Assembly: GCF_006345805.1 (NCBI RefSeq)
Contig: NC_042997.1
Location: forward strand, 73,904,001 to 73,968,000
Length of the DNA stretch: 64,000 nt
Direction: 5' to 3'
From: Octopus sinensis
Lineage: Eukaryota
A program made the position numbers and the translations under genes. Numbering within the stretch: position 1 is the first letter of the stretch; the number at the start of each line of letters is the position of its first letter. The notes beneath the pieces are model-generated. The model was not told the origin of the DNA. It did no database searches and saw only the letters and a program-made list of their open reading frames with translations. Of this stretch, positions 27,235 to 41,201 are shown piece after piece.

Positions 27235-28920
27235 GTCTTACCTCGACAACTGTTTCGAGAAGTCCGATTTATGTAATAACCATAATTCACATGTGATATG
27301 CGCACAATGTCATAGGTGTGTAACCAGCGATGAGTCCAGATGACGTTATTACAGCCTTCATTTTGGACTTGTTGCTAGTTACTTACCTATGATGTTATGC
27401 TCATATCACCTATAAATTATGATTACCACATAACTCTGGGACCCTTGTAACTGCTGTCGAGATAAGACATTACATAATTTTTCTATATACATATTCCTTT
27501 TTAATCTAAAATCTGTAATTTGTGTTACATGTCAATATATGTATCAATCCTGTGTTTATCTTCCTTCCCAACTACGCGCGCGTGCGTGTGTGTTTGTATG
27601 TGGCCAATGGATCATATATCCGAAAAGGAAGCACACTCTAAAAGTTAGTACATTAGTATATTTACATGAAGTTAAATATATGTCTGATCACAGAGTGACC
27701 AATTGTTTTGCATCCATAAAGCGCTTAGCTTTATAGACAAATCGTTAGGCTCCAATGACCGTGGGAACATACTGGAGGTAGCAAACCGTTACGATCAGTT
27801 AATTTGTAAGCAAAGGAATAATATAAACATTCTGATACACGAGTAATCTCCCTTAGACTTATCCGGGTGGCAAATCTTATGGAGCTAAAGAAGGAATAGG
27901 GAAACTCCGCCTTTAGACTGGTTCTGGTCTGCAAGTACATTTTACAGCCCTAATCGACAAACAGGAGATGCCACGCCTGCAGCAGGTAGCGTTTGAAATG
28001 GGGGTAGGGATATAGATCTCGTGTCTCGAATTTAAGAGAAATCCCAAATCCAGCAAGTCTTTAAGGATCCTTGCCCGCTCTGCAAAGCTTGCATTGTCTG
28101 CTCCTGTTTATATAGGGCCCCAGCTGCTCTATGATCCTCCATTTAACTTCGTAATTTCCTTCATCCTTAAGGTGCCACACATGGCTGGTCAGGGACGTGA
28201 CGTAACGTCTTTCTGGAACCCTAAAAGAGGACGTGTGGTTATACAGGCAATGCTTAAAGGCAGTTCCTGTCGACCCGATGTATCTCTGAGCTTGAGTGTT
28301 GGTTGTATTTTCGCTTCTGGGCTTACAGTTGTTGTTGTTGCTACTGCTGTTGTTGGTGTTGTCATTGATACTGTTATTACAGGATATTGGTTCAGCGATA
28401 TTGCTGTAGTCGCTGCTGTTGCAGTAGTTATCCACAGCTGTAGTGGTCTTACTGTTGCAGTCGGTGTTGTGGCTGCCGTCACTGTTAATTCTGGGCATGT
28501 GACTGGTAGCTCCACTGGTGCTGCTAGTACTGGAGTGGTCATCATCTCTGGCCGTAACGCTGGTGCAGGTGCTGCAGTCGTTGCTGTCAGTACTGGTGTT
28601 TCTTCCACTTAATGTGTTGCTGCCGCTGCCGCCTCCACTGTTGCCATTGTTTTTATCAGCGTTGTTGAATGAGCTGCTGCTGCTATTACACTAATTGTCA
28701 GGGTTGGATACCACCACGAATACGACACCTTCGGCCTCACATTGTCCCTCCCCCACTGGGAAGTTATTTATTCCCTGCATGAGCAAACAGCTGCTGTTCC
28801 AACTTTCACATTCACACACACTCACAGATGCACACATGTATGTATATATAAGTTTGGTAGAGCAAAAAGAAGAAATAGAACTCAGTAGATGAATATATGT
28901 AATCTTTATTGTTACCACTC
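27235..28920 (-). mobile_element. Penelope-like element 3' fragment (Naiad-like GIY-YIG)
   Basis: RYIGSTGTAFKHCLYNHTSSF...TSLTSHVWHLK...CKLC, then LNSRHE after a frameshift; GAAACAGUUGUC half-core near the 3' end. Confidence 0.8.
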
Positions 28921-30088
28921 AGCCTATTAAAAATAATAAAGTAGAAAGTAGAAAAGTGGATTCAGAGAATAAAGCAGAACTTCCAGTAAGCGCTTCCTCG
29001 TGGAATTAGCTATCGGTTTCCATAGTAATTAAACTACGATGTAGTTTAACTTGTCTATGCAACCAAAATTCCATGATATACAAATAGTAAATATTTCCAT
29101 GAGGAGTAAATAATAATCATAAAATAAAATCATGAGGTATGAGAAGTAAATACAAACTAATTATTTCCAAATGATTTCCATACCAGCTGTTTCATAATCT
29201 TCCCCTTATAGCTTTACTTATTTCAACATTTCAAATTATATGCATCCATTTAACATCTATATGCATATTTAGCATTATATAATACAATGGCATATTCACA
29301 TAGAGATGTATAATAAAGAAAACTAACTCATCTAATCATATAAACAGAAACATCATGGAGCTATTCAGGATCCAACTTCATTACACAAACAAAATCCACT
29401 CTGTTTATATACAATGTATATAAAAATGTATAAAAATGTATAAAAATGGAAATAGATATTATAGCTCAATTTGTAAAGGAAATATGTATATAATTCGGAA
29501 TGTTGAAATTAGTATAACCACATATGGAAGATTATGAAACAGCTGCAATCATATGGAAATCATATGGAAATAATTAACCTGCCTTCATCTCTCATATCTC
29601 TTGATTTTATGTTATGATTATACAAACACACACACACACACACACGTGTGTGTGTGTGAGTGTAAGTATGTGTGTATATATATTTTACAGGCTTCTGCAC
29701 TATTTCCATCTCCTTATTCAACAAAGTTAGCAGTTAAATCTTTGGTGACCATAGAGATCAAACCCAGCACCAAAAAAAAAAAAAACTTCTTAACCACAAA
29801 CTTGTTTTTATACCTTTATATATCTAGCTATGAAAAGCTGTGTTTTTTTCTCAATCTTCAAAACATCCTTATTTCTAAACATTTGATATTGCATGTGTAA
29901 ATGACTGTTGTTTTCCATTTTAAATTAACAGGAAAAAAACTAAACTACAACTACAAATTTCACAATAATCTCTGAAACCACAAACAATCCCAAAACATAT
30001 TCATCTAACATTGTCGACACAATGGTTATCTAAACACACAAACAAGCACACATTTAGGTATGTGTGTGTACACATGCATGTACATACA

Positions 30089-30254
30089 TATTAAATAGTG
30101 CAATACAGTAGTATTGCTTCCCAGTAAAACAAAGCACCATCGGGTTAAGTAAATATTGGTGCATTGTTGTACCACTATCCTATATATTTATACTTTAACC
30201 TGATGGTGCTTTGTTTTACTGGGAAGCAATACTACTGTATTGCACTATTTAATA
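30089..30254. repeat. Inverted repeat (~62-bp arms, ~40-bp spacer)
   Basis: TATTAAATAGTGCAATACAG...GGTTAA matches its reverse complement ending at 30254. Confidence 0.9.
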
Positions 30255-30428
30255 AGTTTTTCTTTGAAAACTTTTTCACTGTTCAGGTGTTCAGATGAGT
30301 AAATACTGGCATTGATGTAGCGACATTTGAAATTTTGTCTAGGTGAATCTAGCCAATGAGAACTAATCATATATTTATATATACATACACATACATATAT
30401 ATATACATATATATATTATATATATATT

Positions 30429-30598
<170 letters not shown>

Positions 30599-30629
30599 CA
30601 TATACATATATATATATACATATATATAT

Positions 30630-30992
30630 TACTCTTACTCTTTACTCTTTTACTTGTTTCAGTCATTTGACTGCGGCCATGCTGGAGCACCACCTTTAAT
30701 CGAGCAACTCGACCGGGACTTATTCTTTGTAAGCCCAGTACTTATTCTATCGGTCTCTTTTTGCTGAACCGCTAGGTGACGGGGACATAAACACACCAGC
30801 ATCGGTTGTCAAGCAATGCTAGGGGGACAAACACAGACACACAAACACACACACAAACATATATACGACAGACTTCTTTCAGTTTCTGTCTACCAAATCC
30901 ACTCACGGCTTTGGTCAGCCCGAGGCTATAGTAGAAGACACTTGCCCAAGGTGCCACGCAGTGGGACTGAACCCGGAACCATGTGGTTGGTA
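30630..30992 (-). mobile_element. tRNA-type SINE (family of 1-400)
   Basis: Reverse complement closely matches 1-400. Confidence 0.85.
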
Positions 30993-31029
30993 TATATACA
31001 TATATATATATACATATATATGGATTCCA

Positions 31030-32620
31030 GCGATCCTTCTCAAATCGTGCAAATGAGCCCTTGCAAAACCGCTACAGCTTCTTTTTTAGAGCTTTCTTGC
31101 AAGTGGTAAGCTCCCAGTCAAATTGAAAGAGGGGGTAATATGCCCTATCCATAAGGGAGGTAGCAGAGCAATGCTAAAAATTATAGGCCTATCTCTCTGA
31201 CCTCACACATCAGCAAAGTCATGGAATGAATAGTCCGTAAGAAACTAATCATGCTCCTTGAAGAAAATGACTTGCTGTCTGACACCCAGCATGGATTTCG
31301 ACCAGTAGAGGCTGCCTATGACTGGGTCTTGAAATAGCTACTAAATGGCTCAAATGTGGACGTAATATATCTCGACTTTGCAAAAGCCTTTGATAAAGTC
31401 GACCATGGTATGATCTGTCACAAACAGCGTGGTCTCGGCATAGGCGGAAAACTTGGAGAGTGGCTGCACAACTTCCTGAAAGACAGAAAACAGGCAGTTG
31501 TGAGCAATGGATCCACCTCCAAGGAAACGCAAATAACAAGCGATGTCCCACAGGGCACTGTCCTGGGGCCACTGATGTTCATAGTGGCCCTTTCAGACAT
31601 GCCTTCAGTTGCTACGATGACCACCCTTGCTAGCTATGCAGATGACTCAAAAGTCTCCAACGCAATACAAAACCCTGAAATATTGCGCATCTGCAACAGG
31701 AGCTGGACACAATATACAGGTGGGCTGAGGACAACAACATGCAGTTTAATGCAGGTAAGTTCCAGGCCCTGCGCTACTAGCACACAAAGGTAAACGACGT
31801 GCAGACTGGATACACTGGCCCAGGAAGAATTGCAATCCCTGAGTCAAAATCAGTGCGTGACCTGAGCATTGACATGAGCAATGATGCATCTTTCCAAGTG
31901 CATATTGCTAATCTGGTGATAAAATGCAGACGGCTAGCTGGATGGATTCTCCGAACTTTCAGAACAAGAGAGAAGGAGACACTGATGGTCCTATGGAAAA
32001 CATTCGTCCTCAGCCGCTTGGACTACTGCTCCCAACTGTGGTCACCACACAATATAAAACTAACAGCAGAACTTGAAGCAATTCAGAGAAGCTACACAAA
32101 GAAAATCGTCTCAATGCAAAATATCAGCTACTGGGAAAGACTGAAGGTATTAAACCTCTTCTCCCTAGAGCGGAGGCGGGAGAGATATGCGGTGATATAC
32201 ATCTGGAAAATCCTGAAGGGTCTTGTCCCAAACTTTGGCATTCAAAGTTACACCAACTGCAGAACGGGGCGCCACTGCATGGTGCCAAGGATTCCAACAT
32301 CACCATCAAAATACAGGTCCAGATACTGCAACAGCTTGGGTTTCAGAGGACCACAGCTCTTTAACATCCTCCCTAAATGCCTGGGAGACTTACATGGTGT
32401 GGATGTGGGTTTCTTTAAAACTAAACTGGATCTCTTCTTGTCGGGAGCCCCAGATGAACCTACCTCACACGCGGATGCGGGCAGCAGCATCGAACTCCCT
32501 TGTTGATCAAGTGCCACATATCAGAGGTGGATTCGCAAATTAGTGTAGCTCATTCAGCGGTGGTGCCCCAGCATGGCCGCGGCCTTCGGGCTAAAACATT
32601 TTTAAGGATTTAAGGATTTA
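31030..32620 (+). mobile_element. CR1-type LINE, 5'-truncated copy of the 6584 family
   Basis: RT and C-terminal peptides nearly identical to the 6584-10435 element; (TAAGGATT) tail; (TA)n on both sides. Confidence 0.9.
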
Positions 32621-32649
32621 TATATATGTATATATACACATATATATAC

Positions 32650-32692
<43 letters not shown>

Positions 32693-32720
32693 TATATATA
32701 TATATATAATATATATATAC

Positions 32721-32752
<32 letters not shown>

Positions 32753-32821
32753 CATACACATATGTATGTATATATATATATATATGCATATATATATACA
32801 TATATACATATATATATATGC

Positions 32822-32874
<53 letters not shown>

Positions 32875-32892
32875 TATATATACATGCATATA

Positions 32893-33896
32893 TCTTTATA
32901 TATATAAAACTGAGAATGTGTGTCTGTCTGTCTGTTTCCCTAAAACTTGAGAACTACACAACCAATTTCATTCAAATTTTAGACATGCCTTACTTAGTGT
33001 CCATGTAGTTTCATTGGCAAAAAAATGTTCAGCTTCTTGCCTAGAGCAAGCCCATAGCAATATCATATCTTCTCTACTATTTCAGTATTACATGTTAAAA
33101 GTGAAACAAAAACGTTTCTCTATATTATGTCAGATACTTTCACTTTAACAATAAAAATAATAATAACAATTGAATTATATGTAGTAAGTAATAATTAAAA
33201 TCAAACTAAAAAGTTAAAATAGCAATTGATATAAAATAGCATCAATGACTTGAACTTGAATAAGTGGTTTCACATGAATGGGAATAAATTAAAAATAAAA
33301 TTAGCATGCTGAAATGGAATAGTCCAGATGGATAATAAAAAATTAAATTAAAGAAAAGACTATTGTCTATAAAGTATACAATGTAGAGAAAAAAGAAGAT
33401 TTGAACACATGGAGGAAAGCACCTTCGAAAAGTGTCTTGGTGCGACTATGAAAGGTATCTAATCAGAGGCGGTAAATTCGCCACAATAGAAGCAAGGTTC
33501 GAGTCAATGGAGTGTGCAAGGGAGTACTCGACTCGAACTTGCAAAGTGGAAATATTTTACTTTTAGCTTTATATCTGGGACGTAGGACGTCCCGGAAAAA
33601 AATTTTTAATGCCCCCCCCTCTCCCCGAAGTAGAGGTAGGCTGGATTGTAGCCACACTTCTATACAAGAGGGAGAACAAGATACAATTGATCGAAATTAC
33701 AAGAGACAGGCTAACAATTCCAGTCTGTTATATATTTTGAGTATTGTTATCACTAGTGATATCAAGATATAACTTTGTATTTTGTATTTTACGTGTAGAT
33801 GTATATATGTGTACATGTAATATGAACACATATATATACACATATATATACATGCACTAGCACTATGACCCGGCAACGACAGGTCTTTAATGCTCG
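32893..33896 (+). mobile_element. Non-autonomous Helitron
   Basis: A|TCTTTATATATATAAAAC 5' end; decayed 3' hairpin GACCCGGCAACGACAGGTC and CTCG|T in place of CTAG|T. Confidence 0.65.
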
Positions 33897-33928
<32 letters not shown>

Positions 33929-34507
33929 CATGTATATATATATGCATGTATGTGTATAGCTTGTTGTTTTGGCTTTGTGAGTGAAAAATTATAGAGGAGG
34001 ATGTCCACATTTGTTCCAGGTTTGTGTGTGTGTGTACACACACACACACATGAATGGGTTATATAAGGCACAATATTTGCAAGATTATTAAGGCAATAGA
34101 CGTTAGTTTAGAGACCACATAATGATAATTTCAAATTTTACTAGATTCTGTTGGATCCCTAGACAAAGTAATATACTTCTGCTTGCTTTTATGTACTTCA
34201 CAAGAATAACAGCTTGTACTCCCAGTTAAACTATTGCTAGTGAGGAAAACATCCAGAATTTTGATACACTCCATGCATACAAATATATAGAAATAGATGT
34301 ACATTAATGAAAAATATATATAATGTTAAAATCCCCAAATTACCTTTTCACAAATCTATTAGTATTATTAAATGGAACATATTTTAATGAAACTAGAGAA
34401 AACTGATGGAAAAATCAACACTGTTAGAAAAGAAAATGAAAGTATTATTCAAAAAGTAAAAAAGTTGGATGATGCATTCTTTTAAGAAACTTCTTGAATG
34501 CCTGCTG

Positions 34508-34664
34508 CTAAGCAGAGTACTTCACACGGATAGGTACACTTCCATTTATATCATCCAAATTGTCTGAAGACAGAGTAACAATGATTTCTCGTGATCCATA
34601 CTTGTAAGCATAAATCTCCACAACTTTTGTGGTCTCAGCACCCGGCTGTAAACTGGCTTCCTCT
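34508..34664 (-). CDS. Transglutaminase terminal coding exon
   Basis: (R)EEASLQPGAETTKVVEIYAYKYGSREIIVTLSSDNLDDINGSVPIRVKYSA*; tttcAG acceptor in phase 2; TAG at 34510-34508. Confidence 0.9.
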
Positions 34665-36382
34665 CTGAAAAAAAATAAATAGAAATAATTATGTATTACT
34701 GTCTTTTTCATATATATCCATAGATACATGAAATAGTCGGAATATACATATCCTTTGAGTAATCCTAATCAATAGATCATTAAATGTTTAAGATATTCAT
34801 TTCTAAGAGTCTTAATAGAATCATACATTGTTTTCATTCCTATGTTGTGATAAAGTAGCATTGCTAAAGAAACAAGTATGAGATTCCACCAATAGTCAGT
34901 CAATTCATTTAGGTTTCTGAATTTAAATCACATATGCAAATAATATTTCTAAAGAATTAAAAAAGAGAGGATCAATAGCATAATCAACAAATATATCAAT
35001 GTTCCATAAAATGAGAGTTGCACCCAAGAATTTGATCAGGTGTCCTTACTTTTCTTATCAACATGTACTCAAACAGAACAGACCAGGTAAAGGATATGAA
35101 CTGACATGTAGGAGTGGCAATTTTCAGCTTTTCTTAAAAACAATCACAAATCCATCCTTAAATTACTATACAAGCTTTAAATGACTGCTGGAATCAAAGA
35201 GAGAGCAATTAGATAGTTGTTTGACTTGCTAGAAATAACAGCCAAATTAGTAAAATCACACCCTACATTCACAATATCATCAACAGCCTGTTTATCAGCA
35301 TTTTTAAACAAGTACTATGCAGTCATTCTCATGAGTTTGAATAAAGTATGGCATCCGGAAACCACCTTTATCAGGGTTCAGAAATTGAGAATAAGAGTCC
35401 TTACAATATTATTGTGGCAAAATCTTGCACCAGAAATATATAAGTTTTAGTCTTTTATTTGGATTACATCAGCTTTATGGGAAGAAAAAGAGATTTACAA
35501 GATGAGTAACAAGTAAGTTTTCCAAATTTGTTTGCTCTAGGGTTGTACCGTGAAGATAAGATTCAAATTCTGCCTAACAGCATCAATTATACTTACACAT
35601 CTTCAAAGAGCATCTGGAAGCTACTTTCTAGAAAAACAAATCAATGATAAATAATAGCCATTGCCCATATAGTCTTGGAAACATGATATGAAGGAAGCAG
35701 GATATACAAGAAGTATTTTCTTGGTTTGGAATGCAAAATGTGATACAAAACAACTTAGTAGGGTACACTGAATAGAACAATTTCCAACCACCTTTCATCT
35801 TCCAACAATGAGAACTGCAGTAAAAAAATGCCAATCCCAACTAAACTACATCCTCTAATAGCTAAGACAGCAGTAGAAATTGTTACTCCCAACTGAGTTT
35901 CATATTTCAACAGTGAGAAATACAGTAATATCTATTACTATCAATTTAACTTCTTTCAGCTGTGAAGATTGTAGTAAAAGGTGCAACTCTCAAGTCAAGG
36001 TCTATTCACAAAGTGATATCCTGAATTAAGACTTCAATAATCAAGGTCAGTTTTTTTTTTCTTTTTTGTTGATGCACTGAAACATGACCACAGCCTGCTG
36101 ACAACTTTAAGTAAAAACAAGTTTACATAATGGAAATAAATCAATATACTTGTACCAAATATCAAAACGGTTTTTGTTAATCATACAACATCAAAGAATA
36201 ATAGCAGTAAAAACTATTAATTCTTTATCTGATTTCACTGGGATTGCAATAGTGGTAAGCAAATTAAGCAAACAAGTAATACAATGCACCAACAACATAG
36301 TAATCACTGTATATTCCATCTTTTAGAACTGCAAGAACAACAATTACATGACTAACAACAGTTAGATTTATTCAACTCCTAC

Positions 36383-36513
36383 CTGATTTCAAAAGATTTT
36401 CGAACTCCAGATCCTTCAATATGGTAGACAACATTTGTCATTTCTCTTTTTAGTGGATTTGTAAACTGGATGGTTAGATCAAATGCATCCCCATGTTTAA
36501 TGCTGTCAGGACA
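36383..36513 (-). CDS. Transglutaminase exon (C-terminal barrel 2)
   Basis: CPDSIKHGDAFDLTIQFTNPLKREMTNVVYHIEGSGVRKSFEI(R), with the F.NPL...EGSG motif. Not in the ORF track; found by reading. ttccAG acceptor, GT donor; phase 0-2. Confidence 0.92.
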
Positions 36514-37208
36514 CTGGAATAAATCATCATTATCATACTATTTTAACATCAACATCAACATCATGGACATATTCTATCATAGTTCACTCATCAATAATCT
36601 CAATTGAAGCATCATCAACATTATCAAAACTGAATACCAACAACAATTCTGTTCTACTAACATCACAACAACCATGTTGTTACTAAAACAACTACAACCA
36701 TCTTCCCTTGTGGTGAAGCCAGCCAACTCTTTGACCACTCCTAGCTATATGACTATAAAACACAAGACTTTCATCTCAAAACTTCTTTCCTGCTATTTGA
36801 CACCATCATATCACAACGAAAAATGTCCAGCTGCTAAGCTAAGAAATTCTCTTACTTTTAAACGTTCATCATTTCTGTTCAGTTATTTAACTTGTATTAC
36901 TAACATGCTAAACAATCCTTAACTTCATAACCTTAACATGAAGCTAGCCTGTATTAACATTTCTTTTTCGCAATGTGCCCACCCTTTCCCACCCCACCAC
37001 CAATACTAGAAATCCCTTCTCTTGTGGCTAGCTGGCTTCCTCTCTCGAATGCCAGTAATCTCTTCCCTTTACCATGAAATCTCTTCCTTTTTACCTCATA
37101 CTGAAAACTTCCACAGAGCTCTGCTTTACTTCTGTACCAGCAGATCTATATACCTCTGTCCTTCCCTCCCTTCCAAACCATCTTCCTCTCCCCCTCCTCC
37201 CTCTCCCT

Positions 37209-37268
<60 letters not shown>

Positions 37269-37290
37269 GTATATATATATATATATATAT

Positions 37291-37545
37291 ATAGAAAATA
37301 GTAAAAAGTGAAAAAACTACAGAAGGCTTATTTTATAAGGTTAAAGAATATATTTGAGTCATTATGTTGGAAGAATGTTATAAAATTTTTTCATACAGTT
37401 ACATAGTTTTTGAAACAGTTTCTTCAAAAACTATGTTACTGTATGAAAAAATTTTATAACATTCTTCCAACATAATGACTCAAATATATTCTTTAACCTT
37501 ATAAAACAAGCCTTCTGTAGTTTTTCACTTTTTACTATTTTCTAT
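37291..37545. repeat. Near-perfect palindrome (~124-bp arms, 8-nt loop) in a transglutaminase intron
   Basis: 37291-37414 is the reverse complement of 37423-37545 with about two mismatches. Confidence 0.92.
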
Positions 37546-37759
37546 GTATCCAACCACATTCTTTCACACACCAACTTTCTCACCTATATATATATATATA
37601 TATATATATAATGAACTAACCCAGCCAGATAGCAGCACATTTACTTACTTAATTTAACATTGGCATATTTATATCAATATTTGCAGTAACATTTATATTT
37701 ACAATACTTACCTTACTCTCACTCCCAGTAGAGGCAACAATTTTAACTTGTTTGAATGA

Positions 37760-38470
37760 GGATAGGTTAAAAGTGAGACCAACTGTTATGACATGTCTGG
37801 TATCAAACGGTCATGGAAACCTTCTTTTCAGGTGCTGAATAACATCTCTCCTTCCCATGTCCCCTCCCACATCTCTTTCCCAGTTTTCAGAGTTGGCACT
37901 GTAAATGTAGGCACACTGAAATGTAGACCTAACGAGATCATAGAGATGCTTGAAAGTAGGCATGTTGATGTATGTTGCATCCAAGAGGTTAGGTGGAGAG
38001 GAGCTTTAGCCAGGTTCCTCACAGGCAAGACACATAGGTATAAAATCTTCTGGGAAGGTAACAGTGATGGAGTAGGTGGTGTGGGCATACCCTTTGCTGA
38101 GAAATGGGTGGATAAGGTCATAGAGGTAGTTAGAGTATGCTTAAGCTCAGGCTGGTCTTGCAGAATAGTATAGTTACAATTATATCTGCCTACATCCCAC
38201 AAACAGGCCAACCAAATGAACAGATATGAACAGACACTTTTATGATATTCTGCTGCAGGCTACCTCCAAGACGAGTGACAATGATCTCATCTTCATGGTT
38301 GGAGATTTCAATGGACATGTTGGACAGCTGCTTGATATCTACGGTGGTGTTCATGGGGGCCATGGAATTGGTTCCTGAAATGAAGAGGGAACAAGGCTAC
38401 TGGTGTTCTGTGATATGAATGACCTTTTGATCTGCAACACCAACTTCAGGAAGCCAGCCAGCCACCTGAA
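37760..38470 (+). pseudogene. RTE-clade LINE APE endonuclease remnant
   Basis: VGTVNVGTL, DVCCIQEVRWRG, GVGGVG, GDFNGHVG motifs. Confidence 0.85.
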
Positions 38471-38489
38471 AACCATGAAGTCAAGTGAC

Positions 38490-39956
38490 TACACCTTGCT
38501 TTCACCGCAAATGAGATTAAGTAGGGTCAATCACGCCCAACTTCCTTGCTACATCCTTCCATCTTTTCTCGAATATACTTCATGACAGGTGTCTCCTCTC
38601 CAGCTCTATCTTGCTCCTCAGATGATATCTGAAGTAATACAGCAACCCAAGGCCAGAAGGATCCTGTTACAAGTCCTTGCATTCTAGTTCTCCACACAAA
38701 CTCTTTCAACACTGTGCACAAAAAACATGCCTCACCTTCCTTTGGTAGTCCGGTTGGTGGTACAATCTTTATCACAGACTCAGCTGATAGCTGTACTCTT
38801 CCCAGGTGCAACAACACATGTTCGATGTAAATTATCAAGCCCAAAAGCTCTGGGCACTGTACAACAGCATGCAGGACGGTTTCATCATCCTGCCTGCACC
38901 ATAGGCATGTCAGTGGCAGTGATATTCTATGCCTGGACAATTTTTTGTGAACAGGTAACACGTTCCTATAGCACTACCAGGTCAGGGATATTTGGTAGTT
39001 ATCCAAGTACCCTGGCCTGAAAGTTCTGGACTGGTTGGCTAGCTGGTTCTCATGAAGCCCTAGAGCACCTCCCAGGATGCCATCACTCTTAAACTCCACC
39101 AGCCCTTTATAATAATACCGAAGTGGTATTCCCGCTGCCGGCTTTGCCTGCCATGTGGATAAGCGTGAGTGCCTTTCGGCACTCCTTTTGCCATTCGGCC
39201 GTAATACGTCTTCTAATCAAATAGGGTGTAAATTCCTCCAAGGAAGCCAGTCATGGAAATAATTCTTTTGCAAGCGAATTCCATGCCTGACCACCATCCA
39301 GGTAGAGCCAGAGATGCCTTAGCCTCAGTGCATGCCTGCACATCATTAGCCATGGCATTCCTAATCCACTCTTTAGCAGTTCTTGACAGCAAACAGAGTG
39401 CCTCACAAGTGGCTTTCCTTCCTTCTACAACAAGTGGAAGACAAGGCATGCCAACAAATCAGGGCAAGGGACAACAGTCAGACGGTAGGTGATAATAGAT
39501 GCAATAAACACCAGCACCACCTACGCCTTGCCTTTCAGGGATAGCGCCCTTCCAGACCAGGTCCAGACTAGGGCCTCAACCCTGCCTGCCACCTCATTCC
39601 AATTCTTCTCCATCTTGGAATCTGGTCCAAACCAGACTCCAAGCAACTTAACAGGACCATCTGTCCAGTGCTCCGTGACACTGGACATTATCGGCCTGCC
39701 ACTCCAGGTGCTGAACCGCAAGCCGATCGACTTGCCTTTGTCAATTTTTTCCCCTGCCACTGCCTGGTATCCTTTGATTGCATCCTCTACACAAGGTAGC
39801 TGAGCTTCGTTGGACATGGCGATGGTGACATCATCTGCATATGCAGAAACAGACTTACCACATCTGATTTCATTGGGGATGCCCCCCAAACTCTCCAACT
39901 TCTGCAGCAATGGTTCAAGAGCCAGTACATACAGAAGCAGAGACAGGAGGCACCCT
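38490..39956 (-). mobile_element. L1/Tx1-type LINE 3' fragment
   Basis: GC.LS.LLYVLALEPLL, SAYADDVT, VKLLGVWFG and C-terminal C..C....ETVLHAVVQCP. Confidence 0.8.
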
Positions 39957-40681
39957 TAATTCAGCCAACACATTGGCTGATCTGCACTAGTAGATTGCCC
40001 AATCAAAAAAAATTATCGGGGTAATGGCATTAAACAGTGTTTATGTATAATCAGAATTTAGGTTAGTTGAAATATGTTTGTCACATATTTCAACTGCTGG
40101 CTGAATTATATATAAAGCTATAAGCTTTATTCAGTTCATCCAGAGTTGCCTCTCTTAGGCACATCTCATCAACAAGAGTCAGCAAACTCAAAACATTGAT
40201 GTCTGAGATTCCTGTGAGAGGGTGACACTAAACGAACAGGGTGTTTTCACACCTTTTTATCATAAGAGAGATTTTTTTCTCCATGGTAACTGCGGTGTAA
40301 CTGCCTTTAGCATTTGAAATATGTGACAAACATATTTCAATTAAACTAAATTGTGAATGTGTGTGTGTGTGTGTGTGTGTGTGTACTATATGACATACTT
40401 CAACATTTATCTATTCGCATACATACATCAATTTAAATCTCATGGTTCATTTTTCATCTGCATTATTTATATTTTCCACAAATTCCATTTACTTGATGAT
40501 GTTTGAATCAGAATCATTTTCTCACCTTGTTTTTAGATTTCAAGGCAGTTTTTTTTATATTAATTGCATGAATAATCTCAATTTTAGTTTTCAGTTCACT
40601 TTATTACTATGTATGTGCAGCCCTAATGTGCTGGTATTTAGTATACAGAATAATCTCCTGAAATACTTTCACTCAGCTCTA

Positions 40682-40756
<75 letters not shown>

Positions 40757-40933
40757 GTGTGTGTGTGTGTGTGTGCATAAGTGTATTTATGATGGCCTAC
40801 ATATCAGTATCTGTGAATATTTGAATGCATATGTCTGTGTATGATAGAAGTTGCAACCAAATGCATTTGTATAAAGTCAAGTGTACTTTCATATGTGAGT
40901 GCATACACCGGTATAACTATAATTATTTTTTAC

Positions 40934-41094
40934 CTTCAGGATTAAAGCTGGCTTCTCAACAACAATGTTGTGCTCATCAACAAAAGTCTGACCAGTTTCT
41001 TTAACTTCTGCCACAATGAAAATAGACATTGTTCCATCACTGTTGATTTTAGACTCATAATCTTCAGGATTAAGTGTTAATTTTACCATTGTAT
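40934..41094 (-). CDS. Transglutaminase exon (C-terminal barrel 1)
   Basis: (D)TMVKLTLNPEDYESKINSDGTMSIFIVAEVKETGQTFVDEHNIVVEKPALILK; ttgcAG acceptor, GT donor; phase 1-0. Confidence 0.92.
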
Positions 41095-41121
41095 CTGCAA
41101 AACAGAAGTAGAGAACCAATA

Positions 41122-41201
<80 letters not shown>

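Noticed and set aside
27240-27330. Hammerhead in the third PLE
   Set aside because: Only the GAAACAGUUGUC half is visible; no CUGANGA or matching stem II arm.
28094-28612. 172-aa Val/Ala-rich plus-strand ORF and 139-aa Thr-rich mucin-like ORF
   Set aside because: Antisense and alternative frames of the low-complexity PLE insert.
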